Assembly: GCF_031769215.1 (NCBI RefSeq)
Contig: NW_026782152.1
Location: 372,001 to 436,000 of the forward strand
Source of the DNA: Ylistrum balloti
Lineage: Eukaryota
Length of the DNA: 64,000 nt
Direction: 5' to 3'
Shown: piece after piece, positions 26,947 through 41,200 of the stretch
Position numbering within the stretch: the stretch's first letter is position 1
How the letters are laid out: each line of letters begins with the position of its first letter
The notes under the pieces: generated by a model
What the model saw: only the letters and a program-made list of their open reading frames with translations
Told to the model about the DNA's origin: nothing
Databases searched by the model: none
Made by a program: the position numbers and the translations under genes

Positions 26947-28669
26947 TGCATATCTTGACACAATGTACGAGACATTTATCATTATCATCATCAATCATAA
27001 CAATCACTAACATTCACTTACAATAAATAATTGTTTTGTTTCATTCAACATGTATATCAACAATATATTGTAACAAGTGTTACACATTTTAGAGAAGAAT
27101 GTCATAAATTATATTTTCTGGACGGATTATTGGTTCGTAACCAGCAGTCAGTGAGTTGTGAATCAACAGCTAAAGGTACACTGAAGATTTAATGGTAATA
27201 TAAGCCAATTGATGTAATAAAACCTTCAGTGTACAGCTGTATGATGGACTTCTTCATTCTCATCTCTGCATACTGACATAGGAAAAGATATTTTACACAA
27301 GTTTGAAATTTGTCTAGGGTTTGTAAGTATTGGTTACCTATGTAACATGATCTGATGATAAATAAACCAAGGTTTGGTATGTAGTATCTTCTGTATAGAT
27401 GTCTCTTTAATTCTAACACACCTGATGACAAACTTTTCTCCATATGTACCCAATGATCAAGTGTATATAACACGTCTAGCCACCTGGTTTAATGGCATGC
27501 ATGCAATAGTGAAATAAATCTGGTTCCTCACAGAACACAAACTCTTTTACTGGTCATAAAATTTGATGAAATCTTCCATTACAAATATGTATTGTATTCA
27601 TATTTCAAATCATTTCACACTTTCCATATAGAAACAGCTGTACCCATTCAATTAGAATGGAACTCTTTAATATCATGTAAATGATACAACAAGATGTATC
27701 TTATATGATAGGTTTACTACCTGAAAAGCCAGGTGAGCAAACAGAATCATTGGCATGGATTTTCTTCCCACCTAAAGTGAAAACCAGCAGAGAAAAAAAT
27801 AAGTAATCCAAATATTTTGCTTTAGGTCACAAATAAAGCGACAAGATTTTCCGTTTCAGTGACTGCATTGAAAAGAGAAAGTCAAACTGACTGAATAGTT
27901 TTTCCATTCAACTAATTCTTTTTGAAATGCATTTTTGAAATATTTTTTCAAAACCAGGTTTCATTTTATTGTACTGGTCGAAATGACACATTATCAGGTG
28001 ACGGTAAGGGAAAGAAGGAATCAATGGAAACGAAGTACGATGGTGAGGACAGCCACCAACTATATATGCTCATCCCAGTGTGAAGGTAGCACACAGCCCA
28101 TTTAACCACATAAGTTAGTTAAATACCTCCAGCATTACATATTTACTCGTGTGCTTATCAGAGTAGAACCATTGTCTCCACAGGTATTTTGATATGTATC
28201 TTGCTATTCATAAATTACAATGCCTCTCACCAAAGCATGCAATACAGATTTGGGTAATTTTCAGGTAGGACTCCATTCAAGAAATAATGTTATACTGCCT
28301 ATCATCCCAATCTCCATGTAAACACCTGCAATAGATTGTTCTTCTACTACAGTAGACTTGGGGACAAAGGAAATCAAGGAATACTTGAGAAGCATTATTA
28401 CAAAAAGTACAATATCAACAACAAATTTTAAAGAAATACTACACTTAAATTATTCACCTGTAAATAGATATGGATAGGTTTCACTTCACGGGAGATTACT
28501 GTATCTAAGTGATGCATCATGATGTAATACATGATAAAAAGTGTACTAAAACAAGATGTTGATCTTTCTTTGAGAAAAAGAATAATATTTAATATTCTCT
28601 CAACTGGCAGTCAAGTCTACAGTCAGCGGTGACATGTATCAAACCTATGCCTGGTAGTCATGTCTAAAG

Positions 28670-28980
28670 GCAGGGTATGAGATTATTACAGGAAAACCAG
28701 ACCTGGGAAGGTTGCAAGAAATCTCTGACTCTAAGTCAGGATGTGGGCTTGTTACAGGACAATTAAACCCTGATATCTAATACTAAACCTTGGACTCACA
28801 GTCAAAATGTGGGCTTATTACAGGACAGTGAAAAATCATTTGTTGAATATGATATTTTACAATAATAGACATGAGAGGGCTTGTTACAGGACATTGAAAT
28901 AGCATATGTTGAATATGATATTTAAGAATAGATGTGGGTGGGCTTATTATCAGCCATGGGCTTATTACAGGATGAATATA
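28670..28980. repeat. Degenerate tandem repeat, ~65-bp period, downstream of the BBS8 stop
   Basis: GGGCTTRTTACAGGACA recurring about 5 times. Confidence 0.55.
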
Positions 28981-29162
28981 GGTAGTTCACATCTAACATT
29001 AGTCATAAATGACAAAGGTGTATATGGGAAAGCCCATAATTCATCAAATTAACAACAAATATCACAGACATTCAGCATGACACGTGTCAAACATCATATT
29101 TTTGTTGCTCTATCACTTTCAGTTCATAAAAAAAACCTTGAAAATTAAAGTCTATTAATGTT

Positions 29163-29279
29163 CTATAGAAGTGAGAAATGATGTTTGAGCTGCTTTAGGA
29201 GTTCTTTGGAGTCAACATGATCAGGGAAGGCATCCACAGCTCGCTTGGCTGCATTGTAGCTGCTTTGTAAATCTCCCAT
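29163..29279 (-). CDS. TTC8: BBS8 last coding exon (38 aa + TAG)
   Basis: TATTTTTGTATTTACAG acceptor; MGDLQSSYNAAKRAVDAFPDHVDSKELLKQLKHHFSLL*. Confidence 0.95.
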   Translation of the reverse strand: MGDLQSSYNAAKRAVDAFPDHVDSKELLKQLKHHFSLL

Positions 29280-32200
29280 CTGTAAATACAAAAATACCAA
29301 AAATAAAATACCATACTCTATCAAAAACACAAAGACACCTAAAGCTGAAATAATATATTCAAGCCATCAGTTAAAATATATATACTGTACCTAATATAAT
29401 CAGTTCTTATTAAAGACCTCCGTCAAATGAATATTTACAAGAGTTTGTTTGTTTGGGTTTTTTTTTTTTTTTTTTGGCAAAAGATATAACACTTGATAAA
29501 ATGAATACAGCCCCTTGATATATTCAGACCTTTACAGAAACAGGACAAGCATCATAGGTTGACTCATAATCTGTAGATGAAGGTTTGAAGGAGTTGGAAA
29601 TCTAGATTATTAACCACTCTAGCCAACCTGAGTGTACTGAAGTGGTTTATCCCATATCAATCTGTCACATTTATAACTTCCCATGGCTAGTTTGTCATCC
29701 ACCCTTACAGGCCATGAATCAACCTTATTATTATTGATATGGCCTTTTGGTCATTGGTACAGCTGGCCATCCTTACAATGTCCAGTCATGTCTGACCTCT
29801 GAATCCTCCTCTGATCCTAATTGGCAGGACAAAGGCGTGACAATGCTGATGATTACAGCCACAGAAGTGTGTTTATCAATTGTCTATTAATGAAGTTACA
29901 AGGAGCAAGTGGCCAGCAACACGCACAGTGACATAAGCGATCAGTTCCTAGTCATTCCCAGGACAGGTGGCCTCTCTTTATCAACATATCTAAATTAAAC
30001 CAATAATTCAGTTCGTCTGGGAGACAGAAACACTGTTTGTGTCATAAGATGAATAATTTGTATTCCAGATGATTTGGAATGCAAATGTGTTAGATGATGA
30101 ATAGAATTTAGTTACAGTACATATATCTTTCCTGTGTTTACTTCATCTTGCTTTTACATGTAGTCCATTTCATTGTGTGTAAGCATGATTTTCATCCACA
30201 ATTCAACAGCAAAACACATCAGAAAGACTGATCAGCTCTCGTGACATGTCATATCCAAATCAATATGGAAAAAAAATCAAGGCTATGTTAAAAGTAATGA
30301 AAAACTTTCCCAACAAAAAACCTTCAAATACCAATAAAAGACTGCAACTAGATGTTCATGATATGTAGGCCAAACCTAAAATCTAATGCATACAGGCTGT
30401 ATTAGCATTGCAAATGGTTAGATTTGAATAATAAATATAGGCAGTATAACAGCACTTTCTGTCTGACTATTACTCTCTAAGATGGTTTGATATCAGAATG
30501 TATAAAGTGTCTGTTATAGTATAATCCAACTTAATAATATAAGTACATGCACATACTCTTTTATTAGCATCATGATCAAAACTCAGGACATAAAATGTGT
30601 TACAAAAACTTTATTTACATATAGCATCATTGTCTTAATTGGTATGTACAACTTCACAATAACTTGAAAAATGTTGATTTTCTAATCTTTCTCACATTTT
30701 ATATGAAGTGGAAACTCTTGCGAGATCTTTACTTCACTAGTCAAAATGTGAATTGTCATTTCCTTTATCGGTAAAGACAGTAAACTTCGCCTTGAGAAAA
30801 GATCATAACAACTGTTATTGTTCAATATTATGATTGACTACAATGGAGTGTAGATGTTGAACTCAACTACAAGGTAAAAGTGCTGTCATTACAATTTTAA
30901 TGCCAAAGCAAACAGGTCTTTAAATGTAAAAAGGATGGTCATACAAAGGTTTCTGTGGTCAGTCATGGCCTGGACAACAAGAATGCCCTCTGTCCAGTCA
31001 TAGGTAAAGGCCATTATGTCCTGTCACCAAACTAACAAGCTGTAACACCAATGATATTGACCCTATCATAGTATGGCTCATCACTTCTCTATAGACCTCA
31101 GAAAAGTGGTCATCTTAATGACAGTGGTCAGTATCACTAAAGTCCAATAAAATGTCAGTGTGGACAATCCACCAACCACAACAGCCTGGCTGAGTCCCTA
31201 TACAAATTCTTCAGTAAATGACCAGGGTCACTTTTCTATTATATATGACTGGTCATCTAATTACAACACTGGCTGTGACCTTAAGCAAGTCCTGGACCAG
31301 ATAACATCTGTGACCTTCTGGATGTCCACCAATAAAGTGATTATGTAGTAACCTCACCACAGAGCACCTGGTGGAGTGGAAAACCACAACAATACTTCTA
31401 TCCTGCTGGATATTTGTATAAGTACCAATCTTGGCCCTTCAATTTTTTTTTTTTTTCGATATATATGTAGTACTAGAGCCCAGATACAGAAACCATAACA
31501 ATGACAGTCATAGTGTTATAAATTCCAACCTTGTGGCAATATATGATACCACTAAAACTTTTAAAGCAGAATATCATCCTTTCATTCAAAACCAAATTGT
31601 GAATTTCATAATCTTATTTGCTCGTATATACTCCTTTTAATTTCAAATAAAATGTGAATCGAAATATTTAATTTGCATGTCATCCATAAATAGCATGAAT
31701 AATGAACACAGGAGGAATCAAATTTTACATTATAAAATGAAATTCTATAGAAATGAAAAAAAATATATACCAAAAACTTCAGGAAACTTAAACTTATACA
31801 GTTTTTCAGTGAATAGTTGTAATATTATGTGATGCAAATATAGAAGGAAGAGCATTCTTAGCGGTAATGGTTCATCCTGTCATTTACCACCACTTCAGCT
31901 AACTTAAAAACTTATAAATTTTATGGAGATTTCACTTATAGATAAAATACCTTCTGACTATGATCTTCTAATGACAGTATGTTATAAAGCAGGTATACAG
32001 TCAATGTTGAACATATAAATCACATCCAGACTGTGAGGTATAAACTACATGTCATTTACATAGATAAAAAGTTCTCATCAACATTACCATATCTATTCCA
32101 CCTACAAAGGGATTATAGTTATCCACTAATGTCAGGGTGTTCATTTCAAACCTCTTGGGTAGGTATGTTATTTCATCAAATATGAAATCCGAATATCTTA

Positions 32201-35200
32201 AAGCATCAAAAATAAAACTTCATACTTGTGAAAACTGCATCATAGCAATCATGTGCAGCAGACAGTGAAAAGTCTACCTCTCCAATACAGCTCGTAAACT
32301 ATCAAGTGTAAGCAATCCTGCTCTTTATTCATGCATTCATCACATGTTATTATAATATTTAATGACTTAACCATTTTTTCTTATATTTGTTGATGTCAGA
32401 CACAAACCATTTTATTTACGTAACAATAAACATGTATATCTCAGAAAAGACCAATAACAAGTAACATATGTAGTACTTATCAAATTATTTGATGTTTCTT
32501 GTAATATTTCCTGCTGATCTGACCAGTAACTTTTAATACTGGACTGAGAAGTAACATATAAGTTGTAATATTGATCTGATAATTAACAAGTAACTTTTGA
32601 TACTTACCTGACCACTAACTAGTAATTTATCATACTTACCTGACTATATTGCTATAAATAACTGTTAAGATACTTACCTGACCAGTAAAGTTTGATACTT
32701 ACCTGACCACTAACTAGTAATTTATCATACTTACCTGACTATATTGCTATAAATCACTATTAGATACTTACCTGACCAGTAAAGTTTGATACTTACCTGA
32801 CCACTAACTAGTAATTTATCATACTTACCTGACTATATTGCTATAAATAACTGTTAAGATACTTACCTGACCAGTAAAGTTTGATACTTACCTGACCACT
32901 AACTAGTAATTTATCATACTTACCTGACTATATTGCTATAAATCACTATTAGATACTTACCTGACCAGTAAAGTTTGATACTTACCTGACCACTAACTAG
33001 TAATTTATCATACTTACCTGACTATATTGCTATAAATAACTGTTAAGATACTTACCTGACCAGTAAAGTTTGATACTTACCTGACCACTAACTAGTAATT
33101 TATCATACTTACCTGACTATATTGCTATAAATCACTATTAGATACTTACCTGACCAGTAAAGTTTGATACTTACCTGACCACTAACTAGTAATTTATCAT
33201 ACTTACCTGACTATATTGCTATAAATAACTGTTAAGATACTTACCTGACCAGTAAAGTTTGATACTTACCTGACCACTAACTAGTAATTTATCATACTTA
33301 CCTGACTACATTGTTGTAAATCACTATTAGATACTTACCTGACCAGTAAAGTTTGATACTTACCTGACCACTAACTGATACTTACCTGACCACTAACTAG
33401 TAATTTATCATACTTACCTGACTATATTGCTATAAATAACTGTTAAGATACTTACCTGACCAGTAAAGTTTGATACTTACCTGACCACTAACTAGTAATT
33501 TATCATACTTACCTGACACCAGTAAAGTTTGATACTTACCTGACCACTAACTAGTAATTTATCATACTTACCTGACTATATTGCTATAAATAACTGTTAA
33601 GATACTTACCTGACCAGTAAAGTTTGATACTTACCTGACCACTAACTAGTAATTTATCATACTTACCTGACTATATTGCTATAAATAACTGTTAAGATAC
33701 TTACCTGACCAGTAAAGTTTGATACTTACCTGACCACTAACTAGTAATTTATCATACTTACCTGACTATATTGCTATAAATAACTGTTAAGATACTTACC
33801 TGACCAGTAAAGTTTGATACTTACCTGACCACTAACTAGTAATTTTTTATACTTACCTGACTATATTGTTGTAAATCACTATTAGATACTTACCTGACCA
33901 GTAAAGTTTGATACTTACCTGACCACTAACTAGTAATTTATTATACTTACCTGATCATCCTGCTATAAATAACTATTAGATACTTACCTGATCAGTAAAT
34001 TCTATACTTACCAATGACCCAAAACAAGTAACTTTTGCTGCGTGTACCTACATGACATGTTAGAGGTAACTTTGTTACTGATCTGACTTTTGATACCTAT
34101 ATGACAAGTAACAAGTAACATTTTATACTGACCTGATCAGCAAGTGCTGCCCAGTTATAATGTGCCTCATACATATGTGGAGTCAGGATATATGCTGCTT
34201 GGAAAAATGCCCTTGCCTGCAATGAAAAATAAGAAATTAATGTTTTCAATTTCAGGTCTACAAAAGTTTTATACACATTTTCATTTCAGTAATGATTACC
34301 ATAATTTTAGTATTCAAATACAGTACCTGCACCCATCTTTGCAGCCAAAAACCAAAAAATTTAAAAATCACGCCCCCCCCCCCCCCTAACAGCCTCATAA
34401 GCCATTACTACAGAGACATAGAGTGCCTCATCTCAGCCAATTTCAGTATACTTTTTAATATCCAGTTCTTCAGATACACATAACCGGACAACGTTCTGTA
34501 GTATTGTTTTTGTCGAAATCTATATCAATACAGCAAAAAAATTTTGACCAAGCTGGCATCAAGTCCTATTCAAGTGCCAGGGTAATTATTCAGCAATTTG
34601 TTTCCATATCCAAGACATATATACTCCAGCAAAACACATGAACATGTAGATTAAAGCAATATTTATGTTGTCATTTTGCCAAAGTAGGTATAACTACTAC
34701 AAAGTACATATGACCCAATGGGGAAGAGATTACAAGTATATAATGGCCATTTTTCTATACCAAACAAAATTCACACTGGCTGACCTAGGTTGATGTGTTT
34801 GATGGCATTATAGACACATTTTGATCTACTGTATTGGTAAACAGCCACACAAAAAGGCTGCACGATTACCAAGGCTCAAGAAATGACCAGTTTTTGTATC
34901 TATCATGTTACCCAGGCTCAAGTAGTTAAGGTAGAAGATATATATAGTTGTGACTAAATCGCATAGTTCAGTGACCTGGTGATGGAGATATGTACAGGGG
35001 TATGACTAGATCACACTGACAGACTCCTGTGATATGTTCATGGAGACATAAACAGGTATGACTAGACCATACTGACTCTAGTGCCAGTTGATGGAGACAC
35101 ATACAGAAGTGACTAGACAATACTGACTACTGACCAGTTGATGGAAACATAAACAGGTGTGACTAGACCACACTAACAGACTCAAGTGACCTGTTGATGT

Positions 35201-38200
35201 AGACATATACAGGAGTGACTAGACCACAGTTTCCAGTGACTTGTTGATGGAGACATATACAGGAGTGACTAGACCACAAACTCCAGTGACCTGTTGATGG
35301 AGACATATACAGGAGTGACTAGACCACAGACTCCAGTGACTTGTTGATGGGGACATATACAGAAGTGACTAGACCACACTAACAGACTCCAGCAATACTA
35401 ATCCTATCGACCCCAATGTTCTTGTAAACAAGAATTATGCTGACATATTTCTAACTCAAAGAAACCTTTTTGCAATGACTTTTCTTTGAGCAGCTATTGA
35501 ATTCCCAAAACATGAAGCTGATACATTTTTATTGGCCATAACTTTACAAGTTTGTCTATAGAAAACATTGTGTATGTATGAAAAGGTGTGTTGTAGTCAT
35601 CAGAATAATCTTTAACACAGCAATATATCTTTGTCCAGTTAAAGGGATGGTCAATGCTCACCTGTATTCATAGCTGTCAAACGAGGTGTGAAAGAAAACA
35701 TTACCATATAACTGGTGAGAACACCTGGATACCACAAAAATCACCCCCTAGCTGATTGTCATGAAATATGGGAGATCTGCCCACAGCCTGAACTTAGTAC
35801 CATAAAACATCTAGTCCAGCGTTAACAACACTGGTCAGGACAGAGGTAGGGTCACTACAGGGCACTTCAGGACAAACATCGAGTCACCAGGCAAGCAAGG
35901 ATAGGGCTGGTCAAAAAAGTTAAAATAACTGGACAATAACAGATAGAGGTTTCTCTTCATGATCTGTTAAAAAAGTTCTGATTGATATTATTCAGTGAAA
36001 CTTCTTTCACTGTATTGTACAACACTACAAACAGGATTACTCTTTATACAGAATTTGAAGTTAGATTCATATTCTTAATTTCACAAAAAGCAATTTGATA
36101 TCCAATAATTCATTCCATTTCTAATTTCAAATGATTTCTTAAACTTTTTCTATGGTGTCTAGTAATGACTATTTGCTAAAACAGCTATATTTTTATATTA
36201 CAAGGTGAAAGATTCTGGTACTGTTTTCTTCCTCCCCTCCTCCAAATATATTTTGGCTGGACTGTATGATCTACTTTTGGCATTCATCACCAACAGTCCT
36301 AGACAATCCTACACACCAGTCGTCAGATGATATATTTCACCTTATCCAGTTGTTTTTTTATACACTAGTTCTACAGGAATACACTTGTGGAACGATCAGG
36401 TGTCCATTTATACTGGCATTTCCTACAGAGTTGGCTATAATGAGAAATGTCTCAAACAATCCCACTATGGATGCCAGAATACACAGAAATAACTGCCCAG
36501 CAGGACACTCATACATTTTTATGACTTCATAGTCAATTTATAGAGTGGTTCTCAGAGTTCATTTCAAACTGACAGTAGTATAGTCCTTGAATGAGATACT
36601 CAATCAGATATCTGGTTCTACGTTGCAAATGGATGTGAGAAACACAGTTTTGAAATATCGGTCACTTTGGCATCAGTTCTAATTTTAAGGACAATACGAT
36701 TCACATAAGGTGACTCACTACTTCTGTAATTATTGACCAATTACAAAACATTAAGCAAGTAGTCCAGAATGACATGATTTTCAGTTAAAAAAACTGTTCC
36801 GGTAGAAATATAATGTATGATAACTTAAACCATCACAAATCAAAGGAACTGACTCAAGAAAACTGTCAAAATACCTTTTTTAAATATAAGATGCAATGAA
36901 CTTAATGATCTGTATCAACTGCATATTGACACTGTATCTTTTACAATATTACCGACATACAACAGGTTCATTGGGTGCTTGATTGTAAACTAATTGTCAA
37001 TAAAATTTACTCAGGTCAAACACTTTTCTACCAGGAACAATTTGTGGTCGAATGGAAGCAATCTATGCTACAGTAATACTTTATCAGAAAATGACTGATA
37101 GAACTTAGACATATCAGACCAGAATTGTCTACTACTTTGTTAGGAGACTCAGCAGCGCCTTGTTCTTATCACTGGGTTTACCATTGCGAGTGTAATGATT
37201 GACTATATGTTTGGTGTGTGCCTACAGCACTTGAATCTCCATACATTCCATTTACATTCTGATAAATCTTGCTCCACATGTAAACAGCCATATCATGGTC
37301 ATCAGCATACTGATCGATAAAGCAAATTATTACTGCATGGTCTGCGAGCTGATAGCTCACTCTTACTTGGGCCCTAAAAGATCCTATTTTACACTTGTAA
37401 ATATTTGGGTTAGCTACACTGCTGTATAGCTTCAGTCCAGCTCTGATCTAATATCTCAATTGACATGCTAGAAATATTTAATCAATAAATTTGGCTTTTG
37501 TAAACAGAGAATCTACCAACCAGTTGGCTCACATGTCCTGATATCATGTGGTCAATACCCTGTTACCTGTTCACATTATACAGGTAAATATGTATAGGTG
37601 GTTATCAAGGTACAGGTAAGCATACCATTATTATCTTTTAAAACCATATCTACCTATATAATAGGTCTCCATCTCACAAAGAAGTTATCAGTAATATTCC
37701 CAAAAATTTCTGCTATCTTATATTGACAAGACAATGAATCATCAAGGATGTTTACTGCATAACCTTTATATTACAACAATCAGGGCCTTGTCGCACCGTT
37801 TTTCACAATGTACTATCAGGTATACAATCACATCCAAAAAGAATTAGTCAATGCCTGCTAATATAGAATAAAATTAGATTTGGTTCAAATAAAACTGTTA
37901 TAGATCAGAAAGTGTTGAAGTTTTATAGTGTGTGAGATATTATAGAGAGAAATCCTAAACAAGATATGTGTCCAGCCTTTTTTACACTACAGTGATGGAA
38001 ACAACAATCAAACATGTCACATTGTATAAAACAGAGCTGATCTTATCATTGATGCCACCTGTCCGGTAGACCAACTCCAGTCCACACTCTGACAGACGTA
38101 CCATCCGCCTGTGATCTGGGGGACTTGGTTGATAGTTTTAAAGGTACATTCTATAATAACACCGTAACCACATCTCTCTGGTATCTCCTCCATCAGAGAA

Positions 38201-41200
38201 GGAGTTACCATCCTACTCAGACTTTCAATCACCTGCAGCCTCTGATCACCCAGGCTTGACCCACGTTGATTCTTGTCTGCATCATCTTGTGACAAAGACT
38301 ATCAGGTGTGTTCCAAAATTACTCAACACTTGAATGATTAATATCTTCACAACACAAGATTCACTATCCTCACCCGCCCAACCCCTTTCCTTTTTCCTTT
38401 TTGTTTTTTATCCCAATGGGAACCACTAGAAAGCTTTTGCTATAAAACAAATGACTGGTACAAATTTTCAATATCTTGATGGTACTAGACATTTATGTGA
38501 CATGGGTGTAACTTAATGGTTAGTCTTATAAGACATGTATGAGAAAAGAGTGTACCTTAATGGTAAGTTTATGTGACACGTACGGGGCAAGGATGTGCCT
38601 TAATGGTTAGTCTTCTAAGACATGTATGTGACAAATGATGTACCTCAATGGTCAGTCTGGTAAGACATGTATGTGACAAGGGTGTTTATGTATACCCTAC
38701 TGATGGCACCCAGACACCCTTAAAGCCGTACTGTCTGAGGAGGCATGCATGTGACAAGAGTGTTAGGTTTCTCCCTTCAATATGCATGAGAATAGGATAC
38801 CCATCAAACATTTAATCCTATCATTTACCAAACAAAAATTTTGTACTGGGAAGACCAGTTGGAATTTCTGGCAATCTATATATATATATCAACAAAATGA
38901 GTCATTTTAGTTGTGGTAATACGCAAGAAAATTAGGCAAGAAAAATACTTTTTAATGTAACAAAATACTAGAAACACCTCTCTACACCATATGATTAACA
39001 CAAATTAAAAACATATCAAATGTCAACAGGAAATGAAACACTAGGCAGGAAATGATGACAATTTGACAGTGAAATGTCAATTTTCAGTCAGTAATACCCA
39101 AAAACTTAAAAAGGATCTATTTCAGATTTTCTGGTATGACTTGTTCTTCAATATCAATAAATAAATTTATACCTAATTTCATTGCAAATTTCTTCATTTA
39201 ATTTACAAAATAAAATTTGAATTTTATCAAATACTTGATCATGCATTAGTATTGATGTGGTATGGTCTACGTATAAATGTTCTTCATCTGTCTCCAGTAT
39301 TTGCTGGCAGTGAGTGTACCAGTCAGTATGGTGGTCCCTCTATACTCTCCAGAGCTTCCAGCTACACCAGAAATGCCATGTTAAGCCTTAAACAGTCATT
39401 GAGTCTATCAGATCAACATTTGTAATAGATGCTATGCTACTTTAATGTTTTCCCATGATACCAACCTCCCAAGAGAATGTGTTCCCATGACTTCAACAGG
39501 TCCAAACTCAAAACGTATTTATCAGTTCTCGTAACAAACAGCCTGCACATCAACTTTCCATCAGTTTCCGAAAATATTTGATAACACAAAAAATTTTATT
39601 TGATGTTCTGACATGAAATCTCACTGCCAGCAAATGAAAATCTGTATTTTTTTTATTCAAATGTTCCAAAAGTTAAGATATAACAAACTTGAAATAAAGA
39701 AAAAAATGTCAAAAAGCCTACAGGGGAAATCCTTTGTCCTAGTTTTTTCACTGAAGGTTTCAACTTTGTCAGGTGTGTTGACAACCATCAATATGTAGAC
39801 TCTTGATCTGTGAAAGCTACTTGTTAAAGATTAAATGTAAGCACTTTGATGATAGTCTGCTACTGTATTTAATTCATAAAAAAAAACATCTTTACTTCAA
39901 AGTGCAAAATTTTACAGCTATTATCAAGAGCAAGATTCAAAACTGATTGTGTCTATTTCTCGCTTGCTTGTGCATCAAATCAAGTATTTCATTTGAACAA
40001 AAAATGCCCTCTGGTACAAAACTTCACTTCTACTAGATGTTGGGTTACATATCGAAGCTTTTTTTAACTTTGATGCCAATGACTGTCACGGTTTAACAAT
40101 GAAGGAAATTCAAAGCCTTAATTGTAACATCAATGGAGACCAAAGCTTTGTTTGTGTGGAGGACTTCGGAGTTTATGGGTAAACAGTTAGGCTAGCTGTA
40201 AGCTGACACAACCTGTAGAGGTATTGTTGGGTATCCCCATCAGTGTCAGGTAGGTGTGGGGCCCCAGGTGAGGAGGGGACAAATATCTGACCCCCTACCA
40301 TCAACCAAACCTCGTATGTCACAACCGTGACATCACCTGCCTGAATGTGTGGCCTACACTCTAGCTAGATCACCCAAACATGTTACACTATCTAATTACA
40401 TAGGGCTTATAAAAGAAGGTGATTTTTTTTTATTGCACAATTCGTGTCACCCTTCCTACCTTGACATTCCATTAAGATTAATGACACCAAAAACTCTCAT
40501 ATGCCAATTTTACATGTAGTTTTACAACATCTAGATTGCAGACAGATTCTTCTTCTGGGATGTTTTATCAAAGACCAAAATTCATAGCAATTTCTATTGA
40601 TAAAACAGATATTTCAGCGTTCATCTTTGTCATCTAGATATTTCATTTCATTTTAATGGCTTTTAACTTGGACAATAGAAACTCAAGGATTTTCACAACA
40701 AGTATTTTTTTAGCATTTTGAAATAAAACTCACTTTACTTCCAATTATTCTAAAGGGCAATAATCTGATGACTGTGAACCAACTGTGATCAGGCTGCTGA
40801 TTAATCAGCTACATTTGAGAAACAGCATTTGTTAAACCAGTTTCAAGGTCAAGTTCCATCAAATCATCTGTTATAAAAAGTATGCCTATACATTATGTCC
40901 CTCACAACTTTCCCTCAGTAAAGTATCAGTAGGCAGAAGGTTCCACAGCACCACAAGTCATAGTCTCCTTGTACCAGCTGGTGGCCACCACAATGAACAA
41001 CAAACAGGAGGTCCACCACATGCCATCCATAGCCATAAGAGTTTAGACAGTTTTCCCCAAAGAAACAATTATCAACATGGGATGGGATGGTTCTTAGTTT
41101 CTAGGTAATTTTTTTAAAAAGTCACGGATAGGAAACATGGAACCTTGCACCTGGATCTTCGTTAAATGATGTGTAGGGTAATGTTAATTTCAACTGAGCT

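Noticed and set aside
32600-33990. U1 snRNA gene cluster, because of ATACTTACCTG
   Set aside because: Only the first 11 nt match. U1 continues GCAGGGGAG..., whereas these continue ACC/ACT, with no stem-loops or Sm site; the flanks match the BBS8 donor instead.
38017-38295. 92-aa minus-strand ORF in the large BBS8 intron
   Set aside because: Not BBS8 sequence (flanking exons join in frame without it) and no recognisable motif.
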